Assembly: GCA_029858425.1 (NCBI GenBank) | Contig: JAOUFE010000003.1 | Span: forward strand, 1 to 44,320 | Length of the DNA stretch: 44,320 nt | Reading direction: 5' to 3' | DNA from: Spirochaetia bacterium | Lineage (GTDB): Bacteria; Spirochaetota; Leptospiria; Turneriellales; JAOUFE01 | In this document: positions 1-10,484 of the stretch, one piece after another | Numbering within the stretch: the stretch's first letter is position 1 | Layout of the letters: the number at the start of each line of letters is the position of its first letter | The notes under the pieces: model-generated | Told to the model about the DNA's origin: nothing | Database searches by the model: none | Seen by the model: the letters and a program-made list of their open reading frames with translations, nothing else | Program-made: the position numbers and the translations under genes

Positions 1-591
1 GATGAAGTGGATTTTTTACACCTTGATGTCATGGACGGTCATTTTGTTCCGCAGTTATCTTACGGAGAAGCCATTTGTGAAGCCATTTCAAAGGAAACCA
101 GCATCCCCCTTGATGTGCACTTGATGGTTTCTGCGCCTGAAAAAGAAGTTCCAAAATATTTTGCCATGAAGCCTGGTTATATTACATTTCACTACGAAAC
201 CACAAGTTTTCCCATACGACTTTCACAAAGCATTCGAAGTCAGGGAATAAAGGCCGGTCTTGCTGTTAATCCAGTAACTCCGGTTGAAGCCATTTTTGAT
301 TTAATCCCGTATTTTGATATGTTTTTAATTATGAGCATTGAGCCGGGTTTTTACGGGCAGAGTTTCCTGGAAATATCGTACGACAGGATCGAACGCTTTT
401 CAAGAATGCGCCGCAAGTATTGCGAAAAAACCGGAAATGAAGTATTCATTGAGATCGACGGAGGGGTAAATGATCAAAACATTTGTTCCCTGAAGGATGC
501 CGGAACAGATATCTGCGTAGCTGGCTCTTTTGTATTTAAAGGCGGCAACCCTCAAGAAAAAATAAATCTCCTCAAGACAAAATGTCTGTAA
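1..591 (+). CDS. rpe: Ribulose-phosphate 3-epimerase (5' truncated by window edge)
   Basis: HLDVMDGHFVP, PLDVHLMV, IEIDGGVN and VAGSFVF motifs; frame is open from base 1. Confidence 0.96.
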   Translation, partial: DEVDFLHLDVMDGHFVPQLSYGEAICEAISKETSIPLDVHLMVSAPEKEVPKYFAMKPGYITFHYETTSFPIRLSQSIRSQGIKAGLAVNPVTPVEAIFDLIPYFDMFLIMSIEPGFYGQSFLEISYDRIERFSRMRRKYCEKTGNEVFIEIDGGVNDQNICSLKDAGTDICVAGSFVFKGGNPQEKINLLKTKCL

Positions 592-1451
592 TGCAAACAC
601 CAGAACCTCCCCTGACAACAGCCATAAGCCCTTGCCCTAACGATACTTTTGTATTTTATCACTTTTTAAATGATCCGCAAAACAAAGAAAAATATCAGCC
701 GGTATTTCTGGATATTGAAGAACTCAATCTCGGCATGATAAATAAAAAATGGGATATTGTAAAAGCTTCTTTTCCCATGGGGGCGGTTCTGGAAGAGTCT
801 TATGAATTGCTGCCTTCAGGTTCCGCTCTCGGTTATGGCGTTGGTCCAGTTGCGGTATACCGGGATGAAGATATTTTTCAAAAAGATAGATGGATTATCG
901 GCCTCCCGGGAGAGCACACTACCGCTCATTTTTTATGGAATTATTATTTTAAAACAATGAAGGACAAAATTCCCCAAAATATAGAAAAAAAGTATTTGTA
1001 TTTTGGCGCTATTATGGAAAAAACGGCTTCGGGAGATCTTGATATGGGAATAATTATTCATGAAGGACGTTTTGTTTTTAAAAATTTAAAACTGAAGATG
1101 TATCGGGATCTCGGAGAGTTCTGGGAAAAACAAACAGGACTTCCGGCGCCTCTTGGGGGAATTTTTATAAGAAAGGATCTACCTGAAAGTAAAAAGAAAA
1201 TGGCGGCCTCGGATCTTAAAAAGAGCGTTTCTGATGCCATGCAGCAAAAATCTGAAAATAGTGAAATCTACCAACAAAGAATACTGCCGTATATCAAAAA
1301 ATATTCACAGGAACTCCCGGATGATGTTGTTGAAAAGCATATTGAGTACTATGTCAATGCGGATACGGTCGAACTATCGCCGCGCGCCCGTGAAGCAATA
1401 AATCTCATGTTCTCGATTCATAAAGGAATGGAAAAAAATGGACTTAAATAA
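582..1451 (+). CDS. mqnD: 1,4-dihydroxy-6-naphthoate synthase (futalosine menaquinone pathway)
   Basis: SPCPNDTF, ALGYGVGP, PGEHTTA, IIHEGRF, DLGEFW...PLGG and HIEYYVN motifs. Confidence 0.92.
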   Translation: MSVMQTPEPPLTTAISPCPNDTFVFYHFLNDPQNKEKYQPVFLDIEELNLGMINKKWDIVKASFPMGAVLEESYELLPSGSALGYGVGPVAVYRDEDIFQKDRWIIGLPGEHTTAHFLWNYYFKTMKDKIPQNIEKKYLYFGAIMEKTASGDLDMGIIIHEGRFVFKNLKLKMYRDLGEFWEKQTGLPAPLGGIFIRKDLPESKKKMAASDLKKSVSDAMQQKSENSEIYQQRILPYIKKYSQELPDDVVEKHIEYYVNADTVELSPRAREAINLMFSIHKGMEKNGLK

Positions 1452-2037
1452 TATAGATAAAAAAATAATTCAAATTCGCAAAAACCTGAAAAATATTATT
1501 GTTTCAAGGTCGTATCGGGAAAATCACCGTGAGATGTACACGCTGGCTTCGGGAAAAAAAAGCCCTTACTATTTTGATCTAAAGCAAACATTGCTGCATC
1601 CCCAATTTCTCACAGAAGCGGCAGAGGCATTGTTTTATTTAATGTTGAAAAATCTGCGGCAAATGCCCGCAGCTATTGGCGGCTTAACCATGGGAGCCGA
1701 TCCTCTGATTTATGCCATTTCCATCTTATCGCTGGAGTCTGGAACTTTAATATATCCTTTTGTAATCCGGAAAGAGGCCAAAGATCATGGCAGCAAAAAA
1801 CGCATTGAGGGACTGGTCTCCGAGGTAAATACCGCCGCCAGCATTGTTTTAATTGATGACGTGATAACTACCGGCAGGTCTACTATAAAAGCCCTTTTAG
1901 CTTTGAAAGAAACCGGATATCAGCCAACGGATGCGTTTTGTGTGGTCGACCGCCTCGAGGGCGGAAGGGAAAATCTTGCGCAAGCAGGAATTAGACTACA
2001 CAGCCTGTTTGATTTAAATGATTTTATTTCAAAATAA
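1438..2037 (+). CDS. pyrE: Orotate phosphoribosyltransferase
   Basis: TLASGKKSPYYFD, GGLTMGADP, RKEAKDHG and LIDDVITTG (PRPP-binding) motifs. Confidence 0.95.
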   Translation: MDLNNIDKKIIQIRKNLKNIIVSRSYRENHREMYTLASGKKSPYYFDLKQTLLHPQFLTEAAEALFYLMLKNLRQMPAAIGGLTMGADPLIYAISILSLESGTLIYPFVIRKEAKDHGSKKRIEGLVSEVNTAASIVLIDDVITTGRSTIKALLALKETGYQPTDAFCVVDRLEGGRENLAQAGIRLHSLFDLNDFISK

Positions 2038-2096
2038 GAGCCCAAACGCTTCAACCGTCTGACCCACATTCCTGTGTCGATTGTTCCAGGTATCGT

Positions 2097-2981
2097 TTAT
2101 TTCAGTCTTGGGCGAAACATTTCCAGTATTTTATCTTTTGCTACTGCCTTTGGCTTCAATTCGTTTTGAAGTTCCTTAAGTAAATCCGTATAGCTTGGAC
2201 CCGGGTTTGGATCTTTGTAAAAGATTCCTGTATGCAGTTTATCTCCATATTGATGAGCAATTTCAATAGCCTTAAACTTGTCAGACGGATCATGGTTTAA
2301 TTCTTCCAGATTTACCATAACTTCTTTTTGTCCTTTAATCATATCCCTCTCTTCGCCGTAGGTCACACAGGGCGATTGAATGTTTACAAAGGAAAAGCCC
2401 GGGAATCGTATGGCCTCTTCAAGGATTTTAGTCAATCCTTTCATATCGCCGGGAGTTCCCTGCGCTACAAATTTTGCTCCGTAACTTAAAGTGTATAGGA
2501 GAGGATTTACCGCTTCTTCCATGCTACCATATGTCGTTGAAACTGTTTTTAATCCTTTCCGGGAAGTAGGAGATACCTGGCCTTTGGTTAATCCATAGAT
2601 AAAATTATCCATAACAAGAAATGTAATATCCGGATTTTTGCGGATAATGTGAGGAATGTGACCTCCACCGATTGAAAAACCATCTCCGTCGCCGCTGGCG
2701 ACAATTACAGTTAGATCAGGATTGGCCGTTTTTACTCCCAGGGAAATAGGAAGCGCCCGGCCATGAACCGCGTTAAATCCGTAAGATGTGGCATAACCCG
2801 GAATCCGGCTGGAACATCCAATACCGCTGACAAATGCAAGTTCATGCGGCGGCTTGCCAATTTCAGCAAGCGCTCGATATAGCGCCGTTAATACTCCGAA
2901 GTCGCCGCAACCTGGACACCAGATGGGCTTTAAATCGCTTTTAAAATCTTTTGGAACGAATTGTGCAGTTGCTGTACTCAT
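2097..2981 (-). CDS. korB: 2-oxoacid:ferredoxin oxidoreductase beta subunit
   Basis: WCPGCGD, SGIGCSSR, GDGDG (TPP-binding) and YGLTKGQ.SPT; substrate not determinable. Confidence 0.92.
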   Translation of the reverse strand: MSTATAQFVPKDFKSDLKPIWCPGCGDFGVLTALYRALAEIGKPPHELAFVSGIGCSSRIPGYATSYGFNAVHGRALPISLGVKTANPDLTVIVASGDGDGFSIGGGHIPHIIRKNPDITFLVMDNFIYGLTKGQVSPTSRKGLKTVSTTYGSMEEAVNPLLYTLSYGAKFVAQGTPGDMKGLTKILEEAIRFPGFSFVNIQSPCVTYGEERDMIKGQKEVMVNLEELNHDPSDKFKAIEIAHQYGDKLHTGIFYKDPNPGPSYTDLLKELQNELKPKAVAKDKILEMFRPRLK

Positions 2982-2998
2982 AATATTTCTCCTGTTAA

Positions 2999-4741
2999 TT
3001 ATAGTTCTTTAATTTTCTTTAAAATTTCATGTTCCCCAAAAGGATTGGATCCCGCTTTTGCAAAGGACTTTAGTCCATCTGGAACATTTACAAACATTCG
3101 TATTATATGGTATAATTGACCAAGAACATTTTGTTCTATTACCAGTCCTTTTTTTACCGATTTAAAATAATCCATATATACGGATTCGGCCACAGGAAAT
3201 AGCAATTTGGGAACCAGTAGTTTCACTTTAATTCCTTCGGCCTCTGCAAGATCCCGGGCTTCCATGGCTACTCCTGCAACGGTACCCCAGCTTATCATAC
3301 ACAGCTCGGCATCCGATGGGCCAAAGGTTGAAAACAGGTCTGATCGTTTCTTCAAAGGATCCAGTTTTCTGGTTCTTTTCTCAATCATTTTTGCGTGAAG
3401 TTCTCCGCTGGAAGTTGGCGCCCCGGACTCCGAATGTTCGATACCGGCGGCAAGATAATTTCCATGCAGCATTCCTGGATGAGAAACGGGGCTGATATGA
3501 TTTTCAGTAAACTTGAATCTTTCATAATTCTCCATTTCTGCTTCAGTAGGTAGCTGACGATTAATTATTTTAAAAGCGCTAACATCTATTTCATCAATAA
3601 CTTCTTTTCTCTGGGAAAGCTCCTGATCCGATAAAATGATTACCGGTGTTTGGTAATATTCTGCAATGTTAAACGCTTCTACGGTCGTTGAAAACATATC
3701 GTGAACATCTACTGGAGCAAGTATTGGTCTGACTACATCGCCATGCGCAGAAAATGCCGCTTGAAACAAATCGGCCTGTTCACTTTTTGTGGGGATTCCT
3801 GTTGAGGGGCCGCCCCTTTGAACATTTACAATGACCATGGGAAGTTCGGCCATGGTAGCCAGGCCGAAAATTTCGGATTTTAAAGACATTCCAGGACCGG
3901 ATGTTGCGGTAAGCGCTTTTTTACCAGCAAACGAAGCTCCAATAACCGAGGCAACTCCGGCAATTTCGTCTTCCATTTGAATCATGGAACCGCCGTATTT
4001 CCAGATTTCCCGATTAAGCAGTTGCATAATTTCAGATGATGGGGTAATGGGATAACCGCCAAAAAATTCGCAGCCTGAGAAAATAGCGGCTGCCGCGCAG
4101 ATGTCATTGCCATCGGTCAGCAGCTTTCCCTTTGCTCCGGCTGGAGGCTTGCTTATCGTAATGTCTTTATCAGAAATCGGGTTTTCCTTTGCATATTTAA
4201 CGCCTTCGTAAAAAGCATCCTCATTTCCCTTTAAGACTTCCGGGCCTTTTTTGGTAAATTTATTTCGAATACCGGTAATAATTCCGTCTTCGGCAATTCC
4301 AAACCAGCCTGATATTAATCCCAGAACAACTGTATTTTTTGCGCGATTTGTTTTTGCAGTATTTACGGCCATTTCTTCTATGGGTATGGAAAGTACTTTG
4401 AAGGGCTTTCCTTTAACAGGTATATTTTCCGGCGCAATGCCCGTATTTGAATCGTAAATTACAATGGTTTTTTCTGTTATAGGTAATTCGGCGCCAAACT
4501 TCAGGAAATCTTCCCAGTTTAGAGCAATGGCAACATCCAGATACTCGCCAATACTTCGAACGGGACTTGTTGATACCCGAATTTTCATGGAAGATTCTCC
4601 TCCCCGAATTTGCGGCCCAAAGCTTTTCGTTAATAATGCATGATACCCGTCAATAGCAAGTGCGGTAATAAGCGAATCACCTGCCGAAACAACCCCGTCT
4701 CCGCCGGCTCCAGCCATACCAATGATTAGATTTTTATTCAT
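2999..4741 (-). CDS. korA: 2-oxoacid:ferredoxin oxidoreductase alpha subunit (fused gamma-alpha type)
   Basis: GAGGDGV, IRGGES, GYPITPSSE, EDEIA, TSGPG and QRGGPSTG motifs. Confidence 0.92.
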   Translation of the reverse strand: MNKNLIIGMAGAGGDGVVSAGDSLITALAIDGYHALLTKSFGPQIRGGESSMKIRVSTSPVRSIGEYLDVAIALNWEDFLKFGAELPITEKTIVIYDSNTGIAPENIPVKGKPFKVLSIPIEEMAVNTAKTNRAKNTVVLGLISGWFGIAEDGIITGIRNKFTKKGPEVLKGNEDAFYEGVKYAKENPISDKDITISKPPAGAKGKLLTDGNDICAAAAIFSGCEFFGGYPITPSSEIMQLLNREIWKYGGSMIQMEDEIAGVASVIGASFAGKKALTATSGPGMSLKSEIFGLATMAELPMVIVNVQRGGPSTGIPTKSEQADLFQAAFSAHGDVVRPILAPVDVHDMFSTTVEAFNIAEYYQTPVIILSDQELSQRKEVIDEIDVSAFKIINRQLPTEAEMENYERFKFTENHISPVSHPGMLHGNYLAAGIEHSESGAPTSSGELHAKMIEKRTRKLDPLKKRSDLFSTFGPSDAELCMISWGTVAGVAMEARDLAEAEGIKVKLLVPKLLFPVAESVYMDYFKSVKKGLVIEQNVLGQLYHIIRMFVNVPDGLKSFAKAGSNPFGEHEILKKIKEL

Positions 4742-5135
4742 GATGAACCCCTAAAATAATTTTAATGAAGTTTGCATTTTTACACTTCATCTGAAAGTAA
4801 AGCAAATTTTAGTACATATCCTGTCAAGCGGAGCGATTAATGAACATAACGAAACTGTAAAAAATATTTTTATACATTAGGGCATGAATTGCGAAAATTG
4901 TTTCATTCTGGAAGAATTGTGCCCTTTTTTTGTTACAAAATGCGCAAAACCCCGTTTTCCTGCTCAAATATATATACTGGATCAGGAATTCATCTCTGCA
5001 ATTTCCGCTACTCCATTGCGGTTGCTTTTATGCCAAATTTGAGCAATTTTGGATAAATTTTGGATAATTATAAATTGTCGAATCCAATCTGGATTTTTAT
5101 TTTGACAGTCGATCTGCTCAAATCCATGTGGTATC

Positions 5136-5957
5136 ATGTTATCTACATGTCTATTTCCGGCTGCCGGATATGGTACGCGATTTCTGCCGGCAACCAAGGC
5201 AATACCAAAGGAAATGCTTCCGGTATTAACCAAACCTTTGCTGCAATATGGCGTAGAAGAAGCTCTTGCTGCCGGTTTCCAGAATATGGCCATCGTTACC
5301 GGGAGAGGAAAACGCGCCATTGAAGATCACTTTGACGTAAGTTACGAACTCGAGCATCAAATCAAGAATACAGACAAGGAATACCATCTTACCGAAATTC
5401 GGGAAATTATGGACAAATGCAACTTCATATATACGCGGCAAAATGAAATGAAGGGGCTGGGACATGCTATTTTAACCGGCAGACCTCTCGTGAATCAAAA
5501 GGCTTTTGCTGTTTTGCTTGCTGATGATTTATGTGCCGCAGATGAAGGCGTTTTATCGCAGATGGTAAAAATATATGAAAAATACAATTGCTCGGTAGTG
5601 GCGATTCAGGAAGTGGAAAAAAGTCAGGTAAACAGATATGGAATTATCGCAGGAGAAAAGCTTGACGATCAATGCTATCGGGTAAACAATATGATTGAAA
5701 AACCTTCTCCCGAAGAAGCGCCTTCAAATCTTGCCATAATAGGCCGGTACATTTTAACTTCTGATATTTTCGATTTGCTGGCAGATCAAAAACCGGGTAA
5801 AAATGGGGAAATACAAATCACCGACTCGCTGATGAAGCAGGCGCAGCAGGGTAAAGTCATCGCGTATAAATTTCATGGTCGCCGGTTTGACTGCGGAAAT
5901 CTGGATGGCTTTATGGATGCGTCAAACTTTTTTTATACCCAATTCAAGGAGCGGTAA
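5136..5957 (+). CDS. galU: UTP-glucose-1-phosphate uridylyltransferase
   Basis: PAAGYGTRFLPATKAIPKEMLP, IEKP and GEIQITD motifs. Confidence 0.96.
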   Translation: MLSTCLFPAAGYGTRFLPATKAIPKEMLPVLTKPLLQYGVEEALAAGFQNMAIVTGRGKRAIEDHFDVSYELEHQIKNTDKEYHLTEIREIMDKCNFIYTRQNEMKGLGHAILTGRPLVNQKAFAVLLADDLCAADEGVLSQMVKIYEKYNCSVVAIQEVEKSQVNRYGIIAGEKLDDQCYRVNNMIEKPSPEEAPSNLAIIGRYILTSDIFDLLADQKPGKNGEIQITDSLMKQAQQGKVIAYKFHGRRFDCGNLDGFMDASNFFYTQFKER

Positions 5958-5958
5958 A

Positions 5959-7056
5959 ATGGTACCATTTATTGACTTAAAATCACAGTATAAGATAATT
6001 CAAAAAAATATCGGGGACGCAATAAAGAAAGTTCTGGACCATGGCCAGTATATCAATGGACCTGAAATTATTCAGCTTGAGGAAATGCTTGCCCGGTATG
6101 TTGGAGCAAAACATTGTATTGTATGTTCCAGCGGTACGGATGCGCTGTTGATGGCGCTCATGGCCATAGAAATAAAACCTGGCGACGAGATTATTACAAC
6201 TCCATTTACTTTTATAGCGACCGCAGAAGTTGTTGCGCTTATTGGCGCGACCCCGGTTTTTGTGGACATTGATTCCAAAACCTACAATATAGATCCTGCT
6301 CTCATTGAAAAAAAAATTACCAAAAGAACCAAAGCCATAATGCCGGTTTCGCTTTACGGGCAATGCGCTGATTTTGATTCTATTAATAAAATTGCGGCGT
6401 CGCATAATATTCCCGTTATTGAAGACGCCGCTCAAAGTTTTGGGGCAGAGTATAATGGCCGAAAATCATGCGCATTGAGTACTATCGGCTGCACCAGTTT
6501 TTTCCCGTCAAAGCCGCTTGGCGCATATGGGGATGGAGGCGCAATATTTACGGATAACGACGACCTCGCAAAACTTTTTAAACAAATCAGGGAACATGGT
6601 CAGGATCGCCGATATAACCATCCGGTGTTGGGGTTAAACGCCAGAATGGATTCCATTCAGGCCGCTGTATTAATTGCCAAAATGAGTATATTCCCCGGTG
6701 AGATTGCCGCCCGAATAAAAATTGGAGAAAACTATTCCAGAAACCTGGGAAATGTGGCTACCACTCCTTTTATCGCAAGAGGAAATTCTTCTGTCTACGC
6801 ACAATACACGATTCTAATTGAAAACCGGGATACGTTTGCCGAAAATCTGAAAGAAAATGGAATTCCAACAGCGGTTCACTACCCCATACCATTGCACCTG
6901 CAACCTGTATTTGCCTACCTGAAAGAAGCCAAAGGGTCTTATCCGGTATCCGAGCGGACAGCAGAACAGGTAATTAGTTTGCCCATGCATCCATATCTTT
7001 CCGGCGAAGATCAAATAAAAATCATAGATTCCGTAAAGCGTGCGTTAAAAAAATAA
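5959..7056 (+). CDS. DegT/DnrJ/EryC1/StrS-family PLP sugar aminotransferase (WbpE-like)
   Basis: SGTDAL, IEDAAQSFGA and SFFPSKPLGAYGDGG; start moved to ATG 5959 (AAGGAG RBS, right after the galU stop). Confidence 0.92.
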   Translation: MVPFIDLKSQYKIIQKNIGDAIKKVLDHGQYINGPEIIQLEEMLARYVGAKHCIVCSSGTDALLMALMAIEIKPGDEIITTPFTFIATAEVVALIGATPVFVDIDSKTYNIDPALIEKKITKRTKAIMPVSLYGQCADFDSINKIAASHNIPVIEDAAQSFGAEYNGRKSCALSTIGCTSFFPSKPLGAYGDGGAIFTDNDDLAKLFKQIREHGQDRRYNHPVLGLNARMDSIQAAVLIAKMSIFPGEIAARIKIGENYSRNLGNVATTPFIARGNSSVYAQYTILIENRDTFAENLKENGIPTAVHYPIPLHLQPVFAYLKEAKGSYPVSERTAEQVISLPMHPYLSGEDQIKIIDSVKRALKK

Positions 7057-7071
7057 TAATTTCTTGAGGAG

Positions 7072-8445
7072 ATGAATATGACCAATATTGTTCTATGCGG
7101 CGGAAGCGGTACGCGCTTATGGCCGCTCAGTCGAAAACTCCTTCCCAAGCAATTTGTAAAAATATTTGACAACAAATCTCTATTCCAGATGACTCTGGAA
7201 AGAAACCAAAATCATGCAAAAAAATTTTTAATCGTTACCAATGCTGAACAATACTTTCTTGCGCAGGACCAGGCGCTTGCACAGGGATGTACTGCTATTG
7301 ATATCATTCTGGAGCCAGTTGGAAGAAATACGGCGCCAGCTATTGCGTTGGCATGTCTGGATATTAATCCGGAAGAAATTGTATTGGTTACTCCCTCCGA
7401 TCACTTGATAAAGAACGCAAAGGATTACGAGGCCTCGGTGGCATCAGCCGTAGAATTTGCAAAGGAAAATTATCTGGTTACATTTGGCATTCTTCCTGTT
7501 TTACCAGAGACTGGATATGGTTATATTCATTTTAACAATAATGATGTTATTGCCTTTAAGGAAAAACCCGACAGGAAAACTGCGGAGGAATACATTGACC
7601 GGGGCGATTATTACTGGAACAGCGGAATGTTTTGCTTTAAAGCCGGAGTATATCTGGATGAGTTAAAAAAACATGCGCCGGAAATTTACGAGGCATCTTT
7701 GTATGCATTCAGACAAAGTCAAAAAGATGGAGAAAGGCGAATTCGGTTGCAAGATATGGAAAAAATACCCTCCAATAGTATCGATTATGCGGTAATGGAA
7801 AAAAGCAGCAAAGTTAAGGTGGTGCCCTGCAATGCCGGCTGGAGCGATGTTGGGAGCTTTGACAGTTTGCATGAAGATATGGAGAAAAATGAAAACCATA
7901 ACGCAGGCGAAAAAGAACTCATAAATATTAACTCTTCCGGAAATCTGGTTATGGCTCAGGGGAAAATGGTGGCTCTTGTAGATATTGAAAACCTGCACAT
8001 TATAGATACTCCGGATGCTCTTCTGGTATGCAAAATGGGAAGCGGTCAGAAAGTAAAAAACGTGGTGGAAGTATTAAACCAGAAGAAACTCCAGATATCG
8101 GACACACATGTAACTATCTACAGACCCTGGGGTTCATTTACGGTTCTTGAAGAAGGTCCTGCTTACAAAATCAAAAGCATTATTGTAAACCCCGGAAAAA
8201 GGCTCAGCCTGCAAAAACACGAACATCGCAACGAGCACTGGGTTGTTGTAAATGGAACAGCAACCGTAACCATCGATTCTGAAATAAAAACCCTGCAGCC
8301 CAATGAATCCACATATATTCCAAAGAACGTGCTGCATCGTCTTGAAAACAAGGGAGAATCCAGTCTTGTTATTATTGAAGTTCAGGCAGGAGATTATCTT
8401 GGCGAAGACGATATCATCAGGGTGCAGGACGATTTCAAACGGTAA
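7072..8445 (+). CDS. manC: Mannose-1-phosphate guanylyltransferase / mannose-6-phosphate isomerase
   Basis: GGSGTRLWPLSR...PKQF, EPVGRNTAPA, FKEKP, SIDYAVMEK and C-terminal cupin RPWG...SLQKH. Confidence 0.95.
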   Translation: MNMTNIVLCGGSGTRLWPLSRKLLPKQFVKIFDNKSLFQMTLERNQNHAKKFLIVTNAEQYFLAQDQALAQGCTAIDIILEPVGRNTAPAIALACLDINPEEIVLVTPSDHLIKNAKDYEASVASAVEFAKENYLVTFGILPVLPETGYGYIHFNNNDVIAFKEKPDRKTAEEYIDRGDYYWNSGMFCFKAGVYLDELKKHAPEIYEASLYAFRQSQKDGERRIRLQDMEKIPSNSIDYAVMEKSSKVKVVPCNAGWSDVGSFDSLHEDMEKNENHNAGEKELININSSGNLVMAQGKMVALVDIENLHIIDTPDALLVCKMGSGQKVKNVVEVLNQKKLQISDTHVTIYRPWGSFTVLEEGPAYKIKSIIVNPGKRLSLQKHEHRNEHWVVVNGTATVTIDSEIKTLQPNESTYIPKNVLHRLENKGESSLVIIEVQAGDYLGEDDIIRVQDDFKR

Positions 8446-8550
8446 ACCCCGGAGCAGGCTTCCCCATTTTTTTCTTGACATTTCACTTTTTTTCCGCTTT
8501 TGCGCAGGATTTTTGAGCGCGTTGACCGTCCGTATCCCGAATAAGATGTT

Positions 8551-8698
8551 GGGGTTATCTAAAAAGTCGGCAATGAACCACAGAGGCAGTAGAACACGGA
8601 GATTTTGACGAACTAACGCCTCAAAAAGCATTTTTTTCGCATTTTCTCCGTGCGCCCGTGTCCTCCGTGGTGATATTTTTTTCTTTTTAGACATCCCC
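8551..8698. mobile_element. 148-bp MITE-like element (family B)
   Basis: Imperfect 16-bp terminal inverted repeats GGGGTTATCTAAAAAG (8551-8566) and CTTTTTAGACATCCCC (8683-8698); internal ACCACAGAGG...CACGGAGA / TCTCCGTG...CCTCCGTGGT palindrome; one end recurs at 25024. Confidence 0.6.
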
Positions 8699-8747
8699 GC
8701 GCATTCCCCGATTGCCAAACCCGGGGAAAAATCACTCTGCCTGTAAT

Positions 8748-9428
8748 TTAAAGCATACCCTTCTCCAAAAAACTGGTATAACCGGAATGCGAAAAAACCA
8801 GGTGATCCAGAATGTTTACTCCCAGAATTTCTCCGGATCTTTGCAGTTTTTTGGTGATAAAAATATCTTCGGGACTCGGATCAGTATTGCCCGACGGATG
8901 ATTGTGGGCAAGGATAATCGATGCGGCGCGGTCTGCAATGGCATCGGCAAACACCTCCCGCGGATGGATCTGGGAACTGTTCAACAGCCCAACGGTTATA
9001 ACCCTGCGCACCATGATCTCATTTCCTCCATTGATTGTAAAAACAATGAAATGTTCCTGTTTTTTATCGCAATACGGGCGCAGCCACGCATAAACATCGG
9101 ATGCGCAATGAATTTTGTTTACGGCCGGAAATTTCTTTCTGCGCACAAACTCCATGGCGGCGCAAATGGAAAAGGCGCGGGCTTCGCCAATGCCGGGAAT
9201 TTTCATTAATCTTGAGAAAAGAGTTTTTGGATCGCTTTCGTCGACCGCATTGCTGACCAGTTCGGCAAGTTTCAGTACGCTTGTTTTGGCGGTTCCCGCG
9301 CCGAGAAATACGGCGATTAACTCCACATCCGTAAGCGCGGCAACGCCTTTGTCCCGCAACTTTTCTCTTGGCCGGTCAAAAACGGGAATTTGGGATATGT
9401 GCAGAATTTTTCCATGACTGTTGTACAT
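8748..9428 (-). CDS. radC: RadC-family JAB-domain protein
   Basis: RPREKL, ELIAVFLGAG, helix-hairpin-helix PGIG, HPREVF, HNHPSGNTDPSPED and ILDH. Confidence 0.95.
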   Translation of the reverse strand: MYNSHGKILHISQIPVFDRPREKLRDKGVAALTDVELIAVFLGAGTAKTSVLKLAELVSNAVDESDPKTLFSRLMKIPGIGEARAFSICAAMEFVRRKKFPAVNKIHCASDVYAWLRPYCDKKQEHFIVFTINGGNEIMVRRVITVGLLNSSQIHPREVFADAIADRAASIILAHNHPSGNTDPSPEDIFITKKLQRSGEILGVNILDHLVFSHSGYTSFLEKGML

Positions 9429-9478
9429 ACCATTGGTATAGGGGAAAACCGGATTTTTTTTCAGGATATCAAAAAAAA

Positions 9479-9994
9479 TTATTCTCGCGACAAATCGCGC
9501 AGATCATCGCCGTCGGAATCCAGAACCACATTGATCGGCAAATCATAGTCAATAAAGTCGTCCCTCTGACCGCGCTCGTTGATAATTTCAAATTCAATGG
9601 AGTTTAATATCTCATTTCTCAGGGCAACGGTTAAAAGATATTTTCCAGCCTGCAAATTCGGGTAGTTGTCAATCAGGTAGGCAATTTTTTTGGGAATCTC
9701 CAGATTTTTCAGGTCAATCTCTATCCAGCCAAGACTTTTTCGGGATAAGGAAATGGCGTATTTTTCATGGCTGATTTTCCCGGGCTGAAATGCAAACCAT
9801 AAGGTTTGATTTTCGCCAAACTGAATGGGAGATGTATATTTATTAAAATTTCCCGGGATGTAATTCTTCTTTTGAAATTCCGTAAAGCGCCGCTCGTCAA
9901 CGGAATGAAAGGCAAAACTCCCGTGATTTTTGGCGCACGAAATTAAAAAAACATTGCATACCGTCAAAACCAGCGGGAAAAATAACCTTCGCAT
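9479..9994 (-). CDS. Hypothetical lipoprotein
   Basis: Basic N-terminus, hydrophobic core and FLISC lipobox; 171 aa, co-oriented with radC. Confidence 0.75.
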   Translation of the reverse strand: MRRLFFPLVLTVCNVFLISCAKNHGSFAFHSVDERRFTEFQKKNYIPGNFNKYTSPIQFGENQTLWFAFQPGKISHEKYAISLSRKSLGWIEIDLKNLEIPKKIAYLIDNYPNLQAGKYLLTVALRNEILNSIEFEIINERGQRDDFIDYDLPINVVLDSDGDDLRDLSRE

Positions 9995-10216
9995 ACTATG
10001 ATATCGGCTGATGCGATTATTCTTTTAAAGATAATTTTTCCTGGTGCGGGGCTCGAGAATAAAAAACATGGGCGCGTATGGTTGCCAATGCCCCCCGCTC
10101 CATAACTCGCCGAACATCGTCGAAAATCTTTTCCAAAACGGCGAATTATTACGCTTCCCCCAAATGGTAAAAGCGGGGCGTCATCGCGGTGCAGGTTTCA
10201 GGAGTAGTAGCGCCGG

Positions 10217-10471
10217 TTATAGTAGCGCCCCCACAAATTGCCGTAAAAAAGCACTATCATAATTATATAAATCCTGATTTACTGTAAATTGATCGAGAGT
10301 TACATAGTAAACTGTATTTACGGCAGGCGCTGTCAGTTTATAAAAACAGTTCGAGTCTGCACATGACCTGCGAAATCCAGTCAGAATGATTGGACTGACA
10401 CAGTTTTTGAGCATAAGCATCGACTCAAAAACCAACCACATCAATGCGAAAACAAGCAATATTTTCGCCAA
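10217..10471 (-). CDS. Possible small hypothetical protein or gene remnant
   Basis: TTG start 14 nt after the kdsA stop and hydrophobic N-terminus; no recognisable family. Confidence 0.3.
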   Translation of the reverse strand: MAKILLVFALMWLVFESMLMLKNCVSPIILTGFRRSCADSNCFYKLTAPAVNTVYYVTLDQFTVNQDLYNYDSAFLRQFVGALL

Positions 10472-10484
10472 AGCTGTGATGAAT

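Noticed and set aside
5045-5067. 11-bp tandem duplication AATTTTGGATA upstream of galU
   Set aside because: Short, AT-rich and without supporting context; likely replication slippage
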